Source of the DNA: Octopus bimaculoides
Taxonomy: Eukaryota
Direction: 5' to 3'
DNA: 64,000 bases
Assembly: GCF_001194135.2 (NCBI RefSeq)
Contig: NC_069003.1
Coordinates: 32,937,051 to 33,001,050, forward strand
Under the pieces are notes generated by a model. That model did no database searches. It was not told the DNA's origin and saw only the letters and a program-made list of their open reading frames with translations. How positions within the stretch are numbered: position 1 is the first letter of the stretch; each line of letters begins with the position of its first letter. A program made the translations under genes and the position numbers. This document shows, in pieces, positions 52,593 to 64,000 of the stretch.

Positions 52593-53999
52593 TAATAATA
52601 ATAATAATAATAATAATAATTAATTAAATAAATACATAAATAAGAGGCAAAGTTAATAGCAACAAAACAACATCTAAAGACTGAAAAATACTGATCCAGG
52701 TTTATCTGGGTGGTTTATTTACATATATGTAAATATATATATACACATAATAAAAAAAAGTGTTTTGAAGTTAAAGCCTTATTGAAACTGTTTGGTTTTC
52801 TTTGTTACTCTTTTACTTGTTTCAGTCATTTGACTGCGGCCATGCTGGAGCACCACCTTTTGTTTTTTTTTTTACAAATTATATCTTTAATCAATCAAGA
52901 GAGGAATCAAAAGAAATTTATTTCTGCTGGAGACCTCAAAGAAAAAAAACAAAAAAAAACAAACTGAGATTGAGTTATTAAATATCAAGATCAATATTAT
53001 TTATAAAACTGGGCAAATGTTAATATATTTGGAGAACATACCCCCTAAAGAACCCGCTTGCTATTTTAAAATGACAGAAGAAAAGAAAAGGTAGGCCTTT
53101 TAGGTTAAAGCAGGCACAGGCAACTCTTTTTCGAGAAGCAAGCCACATGAGACTATTGTTCATTATTTCAAGAATTGTGTAAAGAGATGGGGAAAATATT
53201 CAAGTGCATTAGAATATACCTGGTTATCTATACAGAATCAAAGATCTTTAATATTTTTAAAAACAATTAAAAACTGTCATAAATAAACAAAATAAAAGGC
53301 AAATTAATTACTTTTTTAATTAAGGAAACTGGAATAAAATTAATTCGAGATAAAATAAAATGAAATATCGATCATCTTCGTTTGTTAGGACAGATTAGAA
53401 AGAAATTAGCAAAAGTCAATCATGGAGATTTTAATTCAATTTAAGCAACAGATTTCAGAAGAATATATAAAGCAGAAAAACTGTTGTTGGCCTCTGAAAA
53501 TTAAATGAAGAGAAAAAGATGATTTTTGGTAAATTGCTTGTCGGATATTTAGCATTTTAACCCTTTAGCACTCTGATCACTGTCCAAGTGTAATACTTGT
53601 TTATTAACAATATTTATAATTAATCATGCATTATCTCACAGCATTGAGATATCGATGATGTGTTTATTTTTAGAATGATATTGTAGGGTAGGTGTGAGAG
53701 GTCAGATCTGGTCAGTTTGAACTTAAAACAGGTAGAATATTTGGGCCAAATATGGCCAGTATAAATGCTTAAAGGATACATGACTAGAAAGTATTAGTAC
53801 AAGAATAAAACCAACATAATTTAAAGAAGGTTTAATGGTTTCTCTCCTGTATGAACTGTTTTGTTATGCATCAAATAAATATATAAACAAAACTGTCTCA
53901 TCTTGTTTGTTTGTTATAAAACAAACATTATTAGATAAGGAAGAAACATACTCCAAAGAGGCTGGTGTTGGTCTGATAGTAACTGATAAAAAAAAAATT

Positions 54000-54231
54000 A
54001 GTGAACTTGCCATGGTGGAATATCCAATGTTTCTGAACGGCGTCCTTCTGGGAAAAGTTGAAAGGAGAGAAATTAATGAGGAACAGCAGCAGAGTTTTAC
54101 ATCTGATGAGTTTAAGAAAAAAAAAGAACTCGCTGAGGATGTAAAACTCTGTTGTTAATTTCTCTACTTTTCCCTGAAGAAAGATTCTGTTTGAAACATT
54201 GGGTTTTCCAATCCCCCATGGCAAGTTCACT
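54000..54231. other. 232-nt imperfect inverted repeat (foldback)
   Basis: Perfect paired segments: 54000-54015/54216-54231 (16 bp), 54024-54033/54193-54202 (10), 54050-54058/54166-54174 (9), 54066-54076/54155-54165 (11), 54090-54103/54138-54151 (14). Confidence 0.9.
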
Positions 54232-54989
54232 GTACTCTTTTTATTACTTTTATGATAAAACATTAACAAAATCTTACCAGATGTCAACGATATGAACTTG
54301 AAGAAAAACCATAAAAAGTAAAAGATATGTCAGCCGAACATTCTTAATTTAATATATTTTCTACTTTTCTCTAAAATATTTTTTTGTTGTTATAATTATT
54401 GTAAATAAACAAGCAATGTTTGATAAAACTAATTGTATAAATTCTTGTTGATATACTGAAAATAATTAACAGAAAAATACTATTTCTTACAAAAATCCAT
54501 TTGTGTGTGTTAAAGTTTTCTGATTTATACATTTAGAGATTGCCTTGAATTGAAATAAAAATGGAAAAAGCAAAATGGATGTACTGTCAGTCCTGGGTTA
54601 TAAGTTTCAATCTATTGTTAAGGCTGTCAAATGCTTTATTACCTCAGTTTATATATCTTAGAGATAAAAAGAGGCAATTTAGCATCCCATGCAGTAGATT
54701 GAGTCAGGGTACAAAGCCTAGCAGTTAGGATATGAGACTTAGGATTGTAAAGCCTCAGTTTCATTCCTAAACTAGAATCAAACCCATAACTTTGGTGTGT
54801 TGTATCCTTGAGCAATGCCCTTCATTTCAAGTTGTTCCAGTCCACTCAACTGAAATGAGTACCAGCATAGCTTGTGGTTTAAATTTGTGGTCCAGTAGGC
54901 AATTCTCTCCTCTCAGTTACTTATAAAACCATGGAAGCTAGAGTGAACTATGGTCCGATAAGCTTGAAAGCTCAAGACAGCCAGTAAAC

Positions 54990-55290
54990 TGGAACTTATA
55001 CACCAGGCACTGACAATCCAGTAGCGTCTTCATTCACCCTAAATGCTATATATTCCATCAGTTTACCTAACTTTATGATAAAGACTGATTTCTAAGCACC
55101 CCATGACTAGGTTAGCAAGGGAGGGGGCAATTCACGTGCCCATCGCAGTCCCCGATCTGTCGATAGAAGTTGTCATTAAATATGAAGAAGTTCAGTTCTA
55201 CATCCACCCTACTTTCGATCAGTGTGAACTCTATTCAGTAATAAGTGTCATCTTATACTTGGATGTGCACAGAGAACCAGACTGGATTTG
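54990..55290 (-). mobile_element. Penelope-like element reverse-transcriptase fragment (pseudogenised)
   Basis: ELNFFIFNDNFYRQI-GTAMGT*IAPSLANLVMGCLE (one frameshift, one TGA) matches the PLE RT motif F....Y.Q..GxAMGxxxAPxxANLxM; a degraded RYxDD follows. Confidence 0.8.
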
Positions 55291-55801
55291 AACTAGGAAC
55301 TTTTTAATTTAAACATTTATAATATTGCATCAGTAGCCTAGTTGGTTAAGAATGTTAAAGCCTTCAAGCCATACATTGAGATATTTAACCGTAAGTTTTA
55401 TAATGGTCATAGAAAATACAAAAGAAGAAAAGAAAAAACCTCCCATAGCTGGAGACCAATGGATGTATCCAACATGAGCAGATTCCTATTTTTCAGACAT
55501 TTGACTCTTGAAATTCTGTACAAGAATCAGAAAATTTTTTCCGTATTTAAAGTGAACATACTTGCAATTAATATATTATCCTATAAATTATTACACGAAC
55601 AGTCTCTAAAAAAATAGAAAAAGACTTTTACTCGATTCTTATATGTATAAACATTGCATTTTGAAATTTCTGATATCTACAAACGCTGTAGTTTTAAATG
55701 TCCCACCTTTACAAACTTTCCAGTTTCCAACTTCCCACATCATGACAACAATTAGTCCCAACAACTTTTCACATAGGAAAAGTTATTTCATTTATTGATT
55801 A

Positions 55802-56079
55802 CAGTAATCCCTCGACTATCGCTGGTGTTACGTTCCAAAACCACCTGCGACAGGTGAAAATCCACAAAGTAGAAACAAAACTGTACTGTATATTTCTTTT
55901 TATATTTTGTACATATATGTGGTGCACCAGCATGACCGCAGCCACTTGGCTGAAACACATAAATAAATAAATAAATAAATATATTTTATGATAAATGTAA
56001 AACAACACCACGGAGGAATCGACGTAAGCTTAAATAATAAACCAGGATAGGTGAACTGCAATATGGCAAGGGATTACTG
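55802..56079. mobile_element. Tc1/mariner (pogo/Tigger-type) MITE
   Basis: TIR CAGTAATCCCT / AGGGATTACTG, TA on the left and TG (mutated TA) on the right. Confidence 0.8.
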
Positions 56080-56368
56080 TGTATCCATATTTTTTTCTTT
56101 TTTACCTTCATCAGGTTTAAAATTTGAAATCTTTTGATAGTAGAAATGCCTAACTACAGGATTAATTGCAATATTATTAAAGAAACCTTAATTTACCAAA
56201 ATAAGTAATAATATTTCTTTTTAGACAACAGAGTCCCCATTCTTTATCTACATTCAAGGCTTTTTTACAAGAAAACCATCCCTGTAATCCCTGTTTCAGC
56301 TGAGTAGCAACAAAGTAAAAGACCATAGCATGGCATTCTTCAGGAAGAAACAAATATTAAGATAAAGC

Positions 56369-56410
<42 letters not shown>

Positions 56411-57159
56411 CTGTTGCAATAAACATTTTTTTAATTTTTTTATTTTAGTCAATTTAAAAAATAATAATTGAAATAAAAGTAATCAACATCAATTACAATT
56501 TTGATTTGTAAATGTTTGTGTGAGTGTGTCTGCATGCATGCAGGAAAAATTACTCAACTAATTTTGTTGTTGATAAATATTATTATTATTATTATTATTA
56601 TCATTAAGCAGTATATTAATAAAGTACAGACTTAGAAAGTATTAGATGCCACTAACTTTACAGTTGACACCTATAAATGTTAGTGTAACCAATAATTTGT
56701 TTATGTTGACACAACAAAGACAAGAATGTTTGTAGAAGAAGATGGACAACAGAACCAGATCCTAGAACATACTTTGTAATTATTTTATCAACAACCGAAA
56801 GTAGGAATAACATAATCGGCTGCAGATGGATTTTAAACTTAGAATGTGGAAGAGATGAGATTTAATGCTAAAAGAAGGCATTTAGTCAAGTGCTCTGCTA
56901 ATACACTGCTCCGATATACCCACAACTTCCAAATACCAATCAATTAATCATTCACCATTTTTAGCAATCATAAATCCTTTTGTCAAACGTCATGTGATTT
57001 TTACAAGACTGTCACTCATCACTCATGTAAACGGGATTCATAGAGTCATTTTATTAACAAAAGAAACAAACTTTATAGTTTTCTATTTTATAAATTCATT
57101 TGATTGGCTCATTTTCTGACTTGGATGAAAATATTAAAATATTTATTCTAATAATAATG

Positions 57160-58282
57160 ATTTCTTACATAGGCACAAGGCCACAGATTTGGTGGGACAG
57201 GTTAGTCGATTTTTATTAACCCCAGCAATTGACTGGTACTTTCTTTCCATCAGCCTCAGGAGGATGAAAGGCAAAGTTGTCCTTCATAGAATTTGAACTC
57301 GGAAAGTAAAGGGCTGAAACTAAATATGTTCTGAGCTTAAATGATAATAATAATAATAATAATAATGGTTTCACATTTTGCCACAAGGGCAGCCATTTTG
57401 GAGGAGGGGATGAATCAGTTACATCAACCCTAGTGTTTCACTGGTACTTAATTTATCAACCCCAAAAGGATGAAAAGCAAATCTGAACACAAAACATAGC
57501 GACGGGAGAAATATCGCTAAGCATCTCGTCCAATGTGCTAATGAGTCTGCCACCTTACTACTACTACTACTATTAATAAGAACAATAATAATAATAATAA
57601 TAATGATCCTTTCAACTATAGGCACAAGACTTGAAATTTTGAAGGCAGGGGCTAATCATCACATCGACCCCAGGACTCAACTGGTACTTATTTTATCAAC
57701 ACCAAAAGGATGAAGACTAAAGTTGACCTCAGCAGAATTTGAACTCAGAACATAAAGATGGACGAAATGCTACAACACACTTTGTCTGACACGTTAACAA
57801 TTCTGCTAGCTCCCCACCTTAATAATAATAATAATCCTTTCTACTATAGACACAAGACTTGAAAATTTAGGGGAGGAGGCTAGTCGATATGATCAACCCC
57901 AGTACACAACTGGTACTTATTTTATCGACCCCAAAAAGATGAAAGGCAAAGTCAACCTTGGTGGAATTTGAACTCAGAACATAAAGACAGACAAAATGCT
58001 GCTAAAAATTTTGCCTGTTGTGCTAGCGATTCAGCCAGCTTGCTGCCTAATAATGGTAATAATAACTCTTCCTACCAATAGGCACAAGGCCTGAAATTTG
58101 GGGGAAGGGGAGAGTCAATTAGACCGACCCCAGTATTCAACTGGTACTTATTTTATCGACCCCAAAAAGATGAAAGGCAAAGTCAACCTTGGCAGAATTT
58201 GAACTCAGAACATACAGATGGACAAAATACCATTAAGCATTTCGTCTGGTGTGCTAACGATTCAGCCAGCTCTCTACCTAAT
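57160..58282 (-). mobile_element. Five head-to-tail copies of a ~210-bp tRNA-derived SINE separated by (AAT)n/(TAC)n
   Basis: Each unit has an A-box-like TGGCAGAAT and a B-box GAGTTCAAATTC on the minus strand and a shared 3' end gccttgtgcctatagtagaaag. Units begin near 57160, 57366, 57607, 57836 and 58066. Confidence 0.8.
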
Positions 58283-58501
58283 AATGGTAATAATAATACT
58301 GATGCTATGACAATGGCACAGCGCCACACATTTAGGTAAAGAGATGGGTGGGAATATAACTGATGTGAACCAAACACAGTTGGCTGCGTATTGGCCTTGA
58401 TTCCAATGAGACACCTTCAATGTGATGGCAGATAAAGCCTACTCTGAGCAAGGCTATGAGGAATTTATTCCATCTCTCTATCATGTCTGCTGTTGTTGTT
58501 G

Positions 58502-58533
<32 letters not shown>

Positions 58534-58813
58534 CTGAAAAATTATAAAAATAGAAAGCTGGACCAACAATCACTCTTTCGTTCAGAGAGTGAGAGCACAC
58601 ACATCATGGGTGTTCCAACTAAATTTGAACTGACTCAAATACATGAGTGACAATAACAATGACAAGTAAAAATAAATTGTTGAATTGTTTTAACCCACCC
58701 CACTCCCATACCCCACCAATATTATCTGACTGCTTGATATAATAATATTGAGCTCAATATTTGATAGTTAGGAAAAAAAAAAGAACAGATTTCAATTTTT
58801 TTTTTTTTTCTTT

Positions 58814-59042
58814 TCAGTTACTACGGAAAAACCATGTTAATACTTTCCACAACATATAGCCGAGAAGTGTAGGATAAATAATTAAATCGCGTTGAGCTCG
58901 TTTCTGATTTTCCTGCTCTAACGATACGATCCGCCGTGTCAACTTGGCCAAATGAGTACGTAACAAAGTGGCTTCGTCCTCGTCATTTAGAAGCAAAGTA
59001 TCACCGGGAGAGGTGCCGGGAGTATAGACTTGAGTATTCACC
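58814..59042 (-). CDS. MFF: Mitochondrial fission factor, last exon (coiled coil LRTHLAKLTRRIVSLEQENQKRAQRD plus C-terminal TM LIIYPTLLGYMLWKVLTWF)
   Basis: tttttcag acceptor at 59043-59045, phase 2 (GG|G = Gly) matching the upstream exon. Resembles the human MFF tail-anchor region RQIIKLNRRLQLLEEENKERAKRE...WLWFRR (from memory). Confidence 0.93.
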
Positions 59043-59516
59043 CTGAAAAATAAAAAGTTCAATTTTACTTCAGTGACAACTGTTAACCCTTGTGTGGCAG
59101 AAATCAGATATATCCAATCAAAACTTTCACCACCTAACAGCAGAATGCAGTTTTATATTCCAATCAATCTTTTCTTAAAGGATGTCATGTTGGAAACTAT
59201 TTTCTGTTTGAGATATGTCAAGTTTATTGAGGCAATATGACTTACAGAAAATACCAGTTACCTTCAGTAAAACAGCCTTGCTCAATATGGAGAAAAGAGA
59301 AAAGTATGAATTGCATGCAGTGTACTTTGTGAGGTGTAGTGGGATCACAAGTAGGTTAAGGTGCACAGGGCATGGGTTAGACAGCTTGACAGGGTCCGAT
59401 GAGCACATGGTTACATTGTGCTCCTTTCGTTTGTTATAAAAAAGAATTGTGAAAAAAAAGACAAGAGGTGTCTTTACAAAATACACAGATATGCAAGAAA
59501 AGAAAAATCAATTTAC

Positions 59517-59712
59517 CCATTTCTCACTAGAGGCATTACACTACGTTTATGGCGTTCTGGTTCTGCTGAATCTTCAACAAAAGGAAATTGCTCCTCTAAA
59601 GTTAGTGTTCTTGGTGGAGTGATCATTCCAACATACGATGCTCCAGTCTGGGGTATGTTGTCAAAGTCAAATTGCCGCATAGTAGATTTCAGACCCACAT
59701 GCTTATCTTCTC
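59517..59712 (-). CDS. MFF: MFF internal exon (..EDKHVGLKSTMRQFDFDNIPQTGASYVGMITPPRTLTLEEQFPFVEDSAEPERHKRSVMPLVRNG)
   Basis: 196 nt, cttttcag acceptor and gtaaat donor, phases 1/2 fit both neighbours; contains the MFF-family motif TPPRTLTL (human TPPRVLTL). Confidence 0.92.
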
Positions 59713-60098
59713 CTGAAAAGAAAAAAATAATGAATTTAATATATAATTCTAAGTAAGCTTAGATGCCATGTGCGTGCAATTTGGTACACATAAAGTGTGC
59801 AAACGACTATCATGATAAATATATCAGGTCATTAAGAATGAAATGTCTGATTTTCTGATGCACCATGTTTGACAGTCATTAACTCTAATGTTTTATCCTG
59901 ACAATTCTTTGTTTTACAACATCGAAGAGTTACATCATCGCTTTTCGAAATGTAATTCAAGGTGGTTGATTATATCGTGAGTTTTCTCTTGTAAATCAAT
60001 TTTTGTGAACCCATGGATAGATCAAAAATTCATGTTGTTTATGAATTTTTAGTTTTGTTTTAAAAAAAGTGGTGAAATACAAAGCTGTTTATATTTAC

Positions 60099-60309
60099 CT
60101 ACAAAGACAAGCCTTTCTGGAATGGTCATATTAGAAAGCACTTCTGATTTAAGAGGAGGTGACTTTGACCGAGAATCGACAGTCCCATCATATTGAAGTC
60201 TATCTGGAATTTGCATCTGGTTGCTGATTTCAGAGATATAGTTTGGATCATAGTTACGAGGTTGTACATCACTGAAGTCAGAGGGCAAACTCTGTACAAA
60301 CCCAGCCTT
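60099..60309 (-). CDS. MFF: MFF exon with the two N-terminal repeats (MQIPDRL and MTIPERL)
   Basis: 211 nt, ctttcttttctgtttccag acceptor (60310-60312), gtaaat donor (60098-60093). YDPNYISEISNQMQIPDRL parallels human YEMEYTEGISQRMRVPEKL. Confidence 0.9.
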
Positions 60310-60464
60310 CTGGAAACAGAAAAGAAAGCGACTCATTTTCAAGGAATATGAAATAAGTTTTAAGAAATTACTAATACACCAATATAACGTGAACATAGAT
60401 TTAATTATATATTTAGGTTTGACAGGTGGGAGCATGAAGCAGTTGGACTACAATTTGTGTTTAA

Positions 60465-60684
60465 CCCTTTAGCATTCAGATTACTCTATCAAATGCATTG
60501 CTGATTTATTCATCTTGTTTTGAATTAATCATGCATTATCTTGTAGCTTTGAGATTTTTACAGTGTGTTTGTTTAGTTTTAGAATGACATTGTAAGGTGG
60601 GCGTAAGCGACTGAGTCTTGCCAGTTTGAACATAAAACAGTAAGAATATTTGTGCTGGATATGGCTGGTTCAAACACTAATGGG
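60465..60684. mobile_element. TTAA-flanked piggyBac-type MITE (abundant family; other copies near 32840-33050, 38140-38360, 39180-39390, 53558-53775)
   Basis: TTAA|CCCTTTAGCATT ... GGG|TTAA ends; internal sequence recurs several times in the window. Confidence 0.7.
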
Positions 60685-61379
60685 TTAAAGCTTTTAGCAT
60701 TCAGATAACACTTTATTAATTGCTGGTAAGAACACTGTATTTCGTTATATGACCATAATATTCTACCAAGTATATTAAAGGCTTTTTAAGTCAATACTAT
60801 ATCCTACCTGTGTTAGCAGTGCAATCCAATCACTTTTTAAAATTATTTCTACAGATTTTCAGTAGAAACTAGAGCCAGCACTGAAAGTTATGGTTTCATA
60901 TATGAATACACCTATACAAATAATGCTGTTGAAGATAGAAAAAGTAGGGAATGGGTGTATATGTATATTTCAAGAGTTCTTGCTTGCTCTTCAGAACCAC
61001 ATCCAACCCATTAATCATTTACAAACACATTGCTACCATGTAGGACATAGTATTTACTTATAAAGCCTTTAATATACTTGACAGTATAAGGAGGGAAGCT
61101 GGCAGAAACATTAGCATGCCGGGTTTTATCTACAATACTAAATTGAAACCAATATTTTACTAAAAAAAAAGCAGGATGATAGTGCAATTACTTCAATGAC
61201 AGTTTAAGTGTTTAAACCAAACAACGACCCAAATTCGTGTAGCACCAACACCCATGAGTTTGATGCTAGCAGCTGCATGAATAGAACCAACATTGCTGCA
61301 TACTGTAATGTCTGCTGTGATAGGGTAAAAAAGGTAAAGTTACCTTTTCAAGTCATACTGACTCATAAGGATCAGTCTT

Positions 61380-61845
61380 CCAGTTTCATCCCCACCTGGA
61401 TGGGACCCCAGTCTGTGTCACAGGATTACTCATTTTTGCCAGCTGAGTGGATTGAAGCAACGTGAAATGAAGTGTTTTACCCAAGAACACAACATGTCAC
61501 CCGGTCCATGAATTGAAACCAGTCTTATGACAATGAGTCCAACACCCTAACCACTAAGCCACGTGTCTCCGCTGTATGTGTCACTATATCAACCAAACAT
61601 TATCAGATATTGTTATACACCACTGCTCACAATGCACTTCCTCGCTGGTTTCCCAGTAAATTCCCCACCTGGACAGGATGCCAGTCTATTGCAGGATTAC
61701 TCATTTTTGCCAGCTGAGTGGACTGGAGCAACATGAAATGAAGTGTCTTGCTCAAGAACATAACACGTCGCCCGGTCCACGAACTGAAACCACAGTCTTA
61801 TGGCAACGAGTCCGACAACCTAACCACTAAGCCACGTACCTCCAC
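61380..61845 (-). mobile_element. Two adjacent copies of another tRNA-head SINE in MFF intron 1
   Basis: Repeated cccacctgga...ccctaaccactaagccacgt blocks at ~61380-61570 and ~61660-61845; related copy near 25880-26010. Confidence 0.6.
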
Positions 61846-61982
61846 TTTTCACTGTGATAGCAACTAGCAGTATGTTTTATGTTTTGGGGGGTTTTTTGAG
61901 GATCCATTAGAAAAGAAGTTATCTAACAAGACTCAGCTGTACGTCAGTCCTTTCAGTGAGTCTAAGCTTTTAAATGGTTTAC

Positions 61983-61988
61983 CTTCAT
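61983..61988 (-). CDS. MFF: Probable MFF start (ATG AAG = MK) at the end of a mostly 5'UTR exon spanning 62124-61983
   Basis: attttcatttag acceptor at 62125-62126 and AAG|gtaaac donor; phase 0 matches exon 60309. Gives a 642-nt CDS (213 aa + stop). Inferred from splice signals only. Confidence 0.55.
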
Positions 61989-62952
61989 TATATCGTAAAG
62001 AGCCACAACTCAGCTAAGTGGGAATCGGAAAGAGCTCTCTTCACTCGATATCGGTTATATTTTTGAAATATTTATTGGTCCTAGACTGACTGAGTTCACT
62101 CCAATGTAAGGGGTTACATCACACCTAAATGAAAATCAGAGAGATAAAATTATCAGTGGACATCAGCGGAAGAGAGGAATACAGAGGAGAAAGGAGAGCA
62201 GAGGTGAAAACATTTCCTTTGTGTAGGACATGCAGTCAGAAATTTGTGTTCCGAAAGACTGCCAAGATATTAGTCAATGAGCAAAACATTTTTATCCCAC
62301 TGCATTTTTCTTCCAGGCTCCATGCATTAAACATGCTAACATTAATTTAATTATAGCTTTTTTCATGCAGATTTCGTCGTCATCATCGTTTAATGTCCGC
62401 TTTCCATGCTAGCAAGGGTTGGGTGATTTGACTGAGGACTGGTGAAACCAGATGGCTACACCAGGCTCCAATCTGATTTGGCAGAGTTTCTACAGCTGGA
62501 TGTGTGTGGTCCACACATCCCATGTTACGTCAGAAGTGGAATTTGTTACACAAAGGTTTGGTAGACAGAAACTGAAAGAAGTCTGTCACAAGTACTTGCA
62601 TGCGTGTGTTACTGTCTCATCTTAACATCTCGTGACTGTTGTAAACGAGAGTCACCATCATACAAGAGGTGTCCTTTGTTTCCAAGTTTCTCTGAAAACA
62701 CGTCAAGTCTGGAAGCAAGAAAGGATTGACAACAGCAAGGGCATATGGCCATAGAAAATCTTCCTGAACAAATTTCGTCTGGCCCATGCAAGCATGAAAA
62801 AGTGAAGGTGAAAATAATGATGATGAAGATGACATTATCTCAAGATACATCAGTTAAGGATATCACCTTCACCTTTGTCATTCAGCATCAGTGACAAAAG
62901 TAAAAAGTGATGCCGTAAACTGAATTACTGGACATATAATTTTTGTGTAGAG

Positions 62953-63240
62953 CAGTGGTTCCTAAAATGGGCAGTACTGCCGAACCCCCGGATGTTGTGG
63001 AAAGCTCCAGGTGGGCATCGAAGAAAAGTGGGGAGATAATGGGGTGGCCAGAAAAGGGGGACAAATGGATGTAAAAACAATAAAATAATGGGTTAATTGG
63101 GTTAAGCTTTATTTGTGAAATACAGTTGTTTTGAATTTTTTGCAGAAAGTGATCTACGTTTATGGTGGTGGTGGGGAGACGCTAGGAACGTGGGCTGGGT
63201 GCCAAGGGGGCAGCAGCCCGAAAAAGTTTGGGAACCACTG
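62953..63240. mobile_element. hAT-type MITE
   Basis: TIR CAGTGGTTCCTAAA / TTTGGGAACCACTG; 8-bp TSD GTGTAGAG vs GTGAAGAG (7/8). Confidence 0.85.
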
Positions 63241-64000
63241 GTGAAGAGAATACCTACACAAGTACACTCGTCCGACTTTGTTTCCAAATAACTTTCAGAA
63301 AAATGAACATTTTTTTAAATGAAGTTTTCGGCAAATACCTTTCGGATGATGTAGATCTTGATTATATCGGAATTTGTTGCGAAAACATTTTTTTCAGAAG
63401 GGAAGGGGTACACATGTGTAGATATACCATTATTACGATAGTAGAATGTGGTGGTATCAGGTTGAAGTGGCTCGCGTACAGAAAACACGTTCATATAGTG
63501 GCCGCTGTGTGTGGTACACACATTCCATGTTACGTCAGAAGTGGAATTGTTGCCCAAAGGATGCTTGTTAACACTTCTGAGTAGTAATTATGCAAATAAC
63601 GATGTCTTGCCAGGCTCAGAACTGATTCAAATCCCACAAATATTGAATGAGCTAAAACTCAAAATCTTACTCAATTTTTGGATGCACTTCGCAAGGTGTT
63701 ACGCCTAGCATAACTTAATTTCTTGCGGCAATGTCACTGGGAGATAACCGCGAAAATTAAGCATGCCCGGGTTAATTTTACCACCTGGAAAGATAGCGAC
63801 AACTAACTACGCAAGGAGCTTCTGCGTGGTCATTTAATATACCAGATATAACAGCTATATCTGCCCCTAAATTGCATCCTGTGGTCTTAAGAAAGAAAGG
63901 TCACAGAAGAAAGTGCAGTCCGGAGTACGTTATGCTTGAATCTTGAAAAAGCTGTCTTTGATTATAAGTCTACTGGATCAAGGACTAGAAATAACAGCCA

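Noticed and set aside
54100-54140. SECIS-like AUGA...GA core with an A-rich loop
   Set aside because: Helix II is far shorter than the 11-12 bp required and no selenoprotein lies upstream on that strand.
53835-54287. Overlapping 107-aa (+) and 118-aa (-) ORFs
   Set aside because: No recognisable domain or matching splice context; they coincide with the inverted repeat.
57160-58282. Repeat-spacer appearance resembling a CRISPR array or tRNA cluster
   Set aside because: Units are ~210-bp diverged SINEs with microsatellite spacers in a eukaryotic context; no cloverleaf or cas genes.
60310-60435. ORF-track N-terminal extension of MFF (MLPPV.../MSRFLFCFQ)
   Set aside because: Reads through a clear polypyrimidine tract and acceptor; probably intronic.
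63591-63598. Octamer ATGCAAAT suggesting an snRNA promoter
   Set aside because: No recognisable snRNA sequence nearby; more likely part of the MFF upstream region or chance.

Overview
Eukaryotic, AT-rich, microsatellite- and gap-rich draft-assembly DNA. The SINE/LINE families and (TA)n/(CA)n load suggest an octopod cephalopod (inference). All three protein-coding genes I can reconstruct are on the minus strand, and most of their exons are absent from the supplied ORF track. (1) AP-3 complex subunit delta (AP3D1): coding exons 1-2 at 15416-15321 and 403-308, continuing off the left edge. (2) A complete 6-coding-exon, 327-aa ankyrin-repeat protein with an N-myristoylation-type start (35425-25166). 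(3) Mitochondrial fission factor (MFF), about 213 aa, at 61988-58814. The rest is transposon-derived: a 394-bp solo LTR with 4-bp TSD, RTE, CR1, RLE-type LINE and Penelope-like fossils, hAT, Tigger and piggyBac-type MITEs, and several SINE families. Unexplained structure includes a 232-nt bulged foldback at 54000-54231 inside an apparent intron of a non-coding spliced minus-strand transcript, a perfect 36-bp-arm palindrome just downstream of the ankyrin gene stop codon, and tail-to-tail inverted SINE pairs. All are potential dsRNA substrates. No rRNA, tRNA gene or CRISPR array was recognised.
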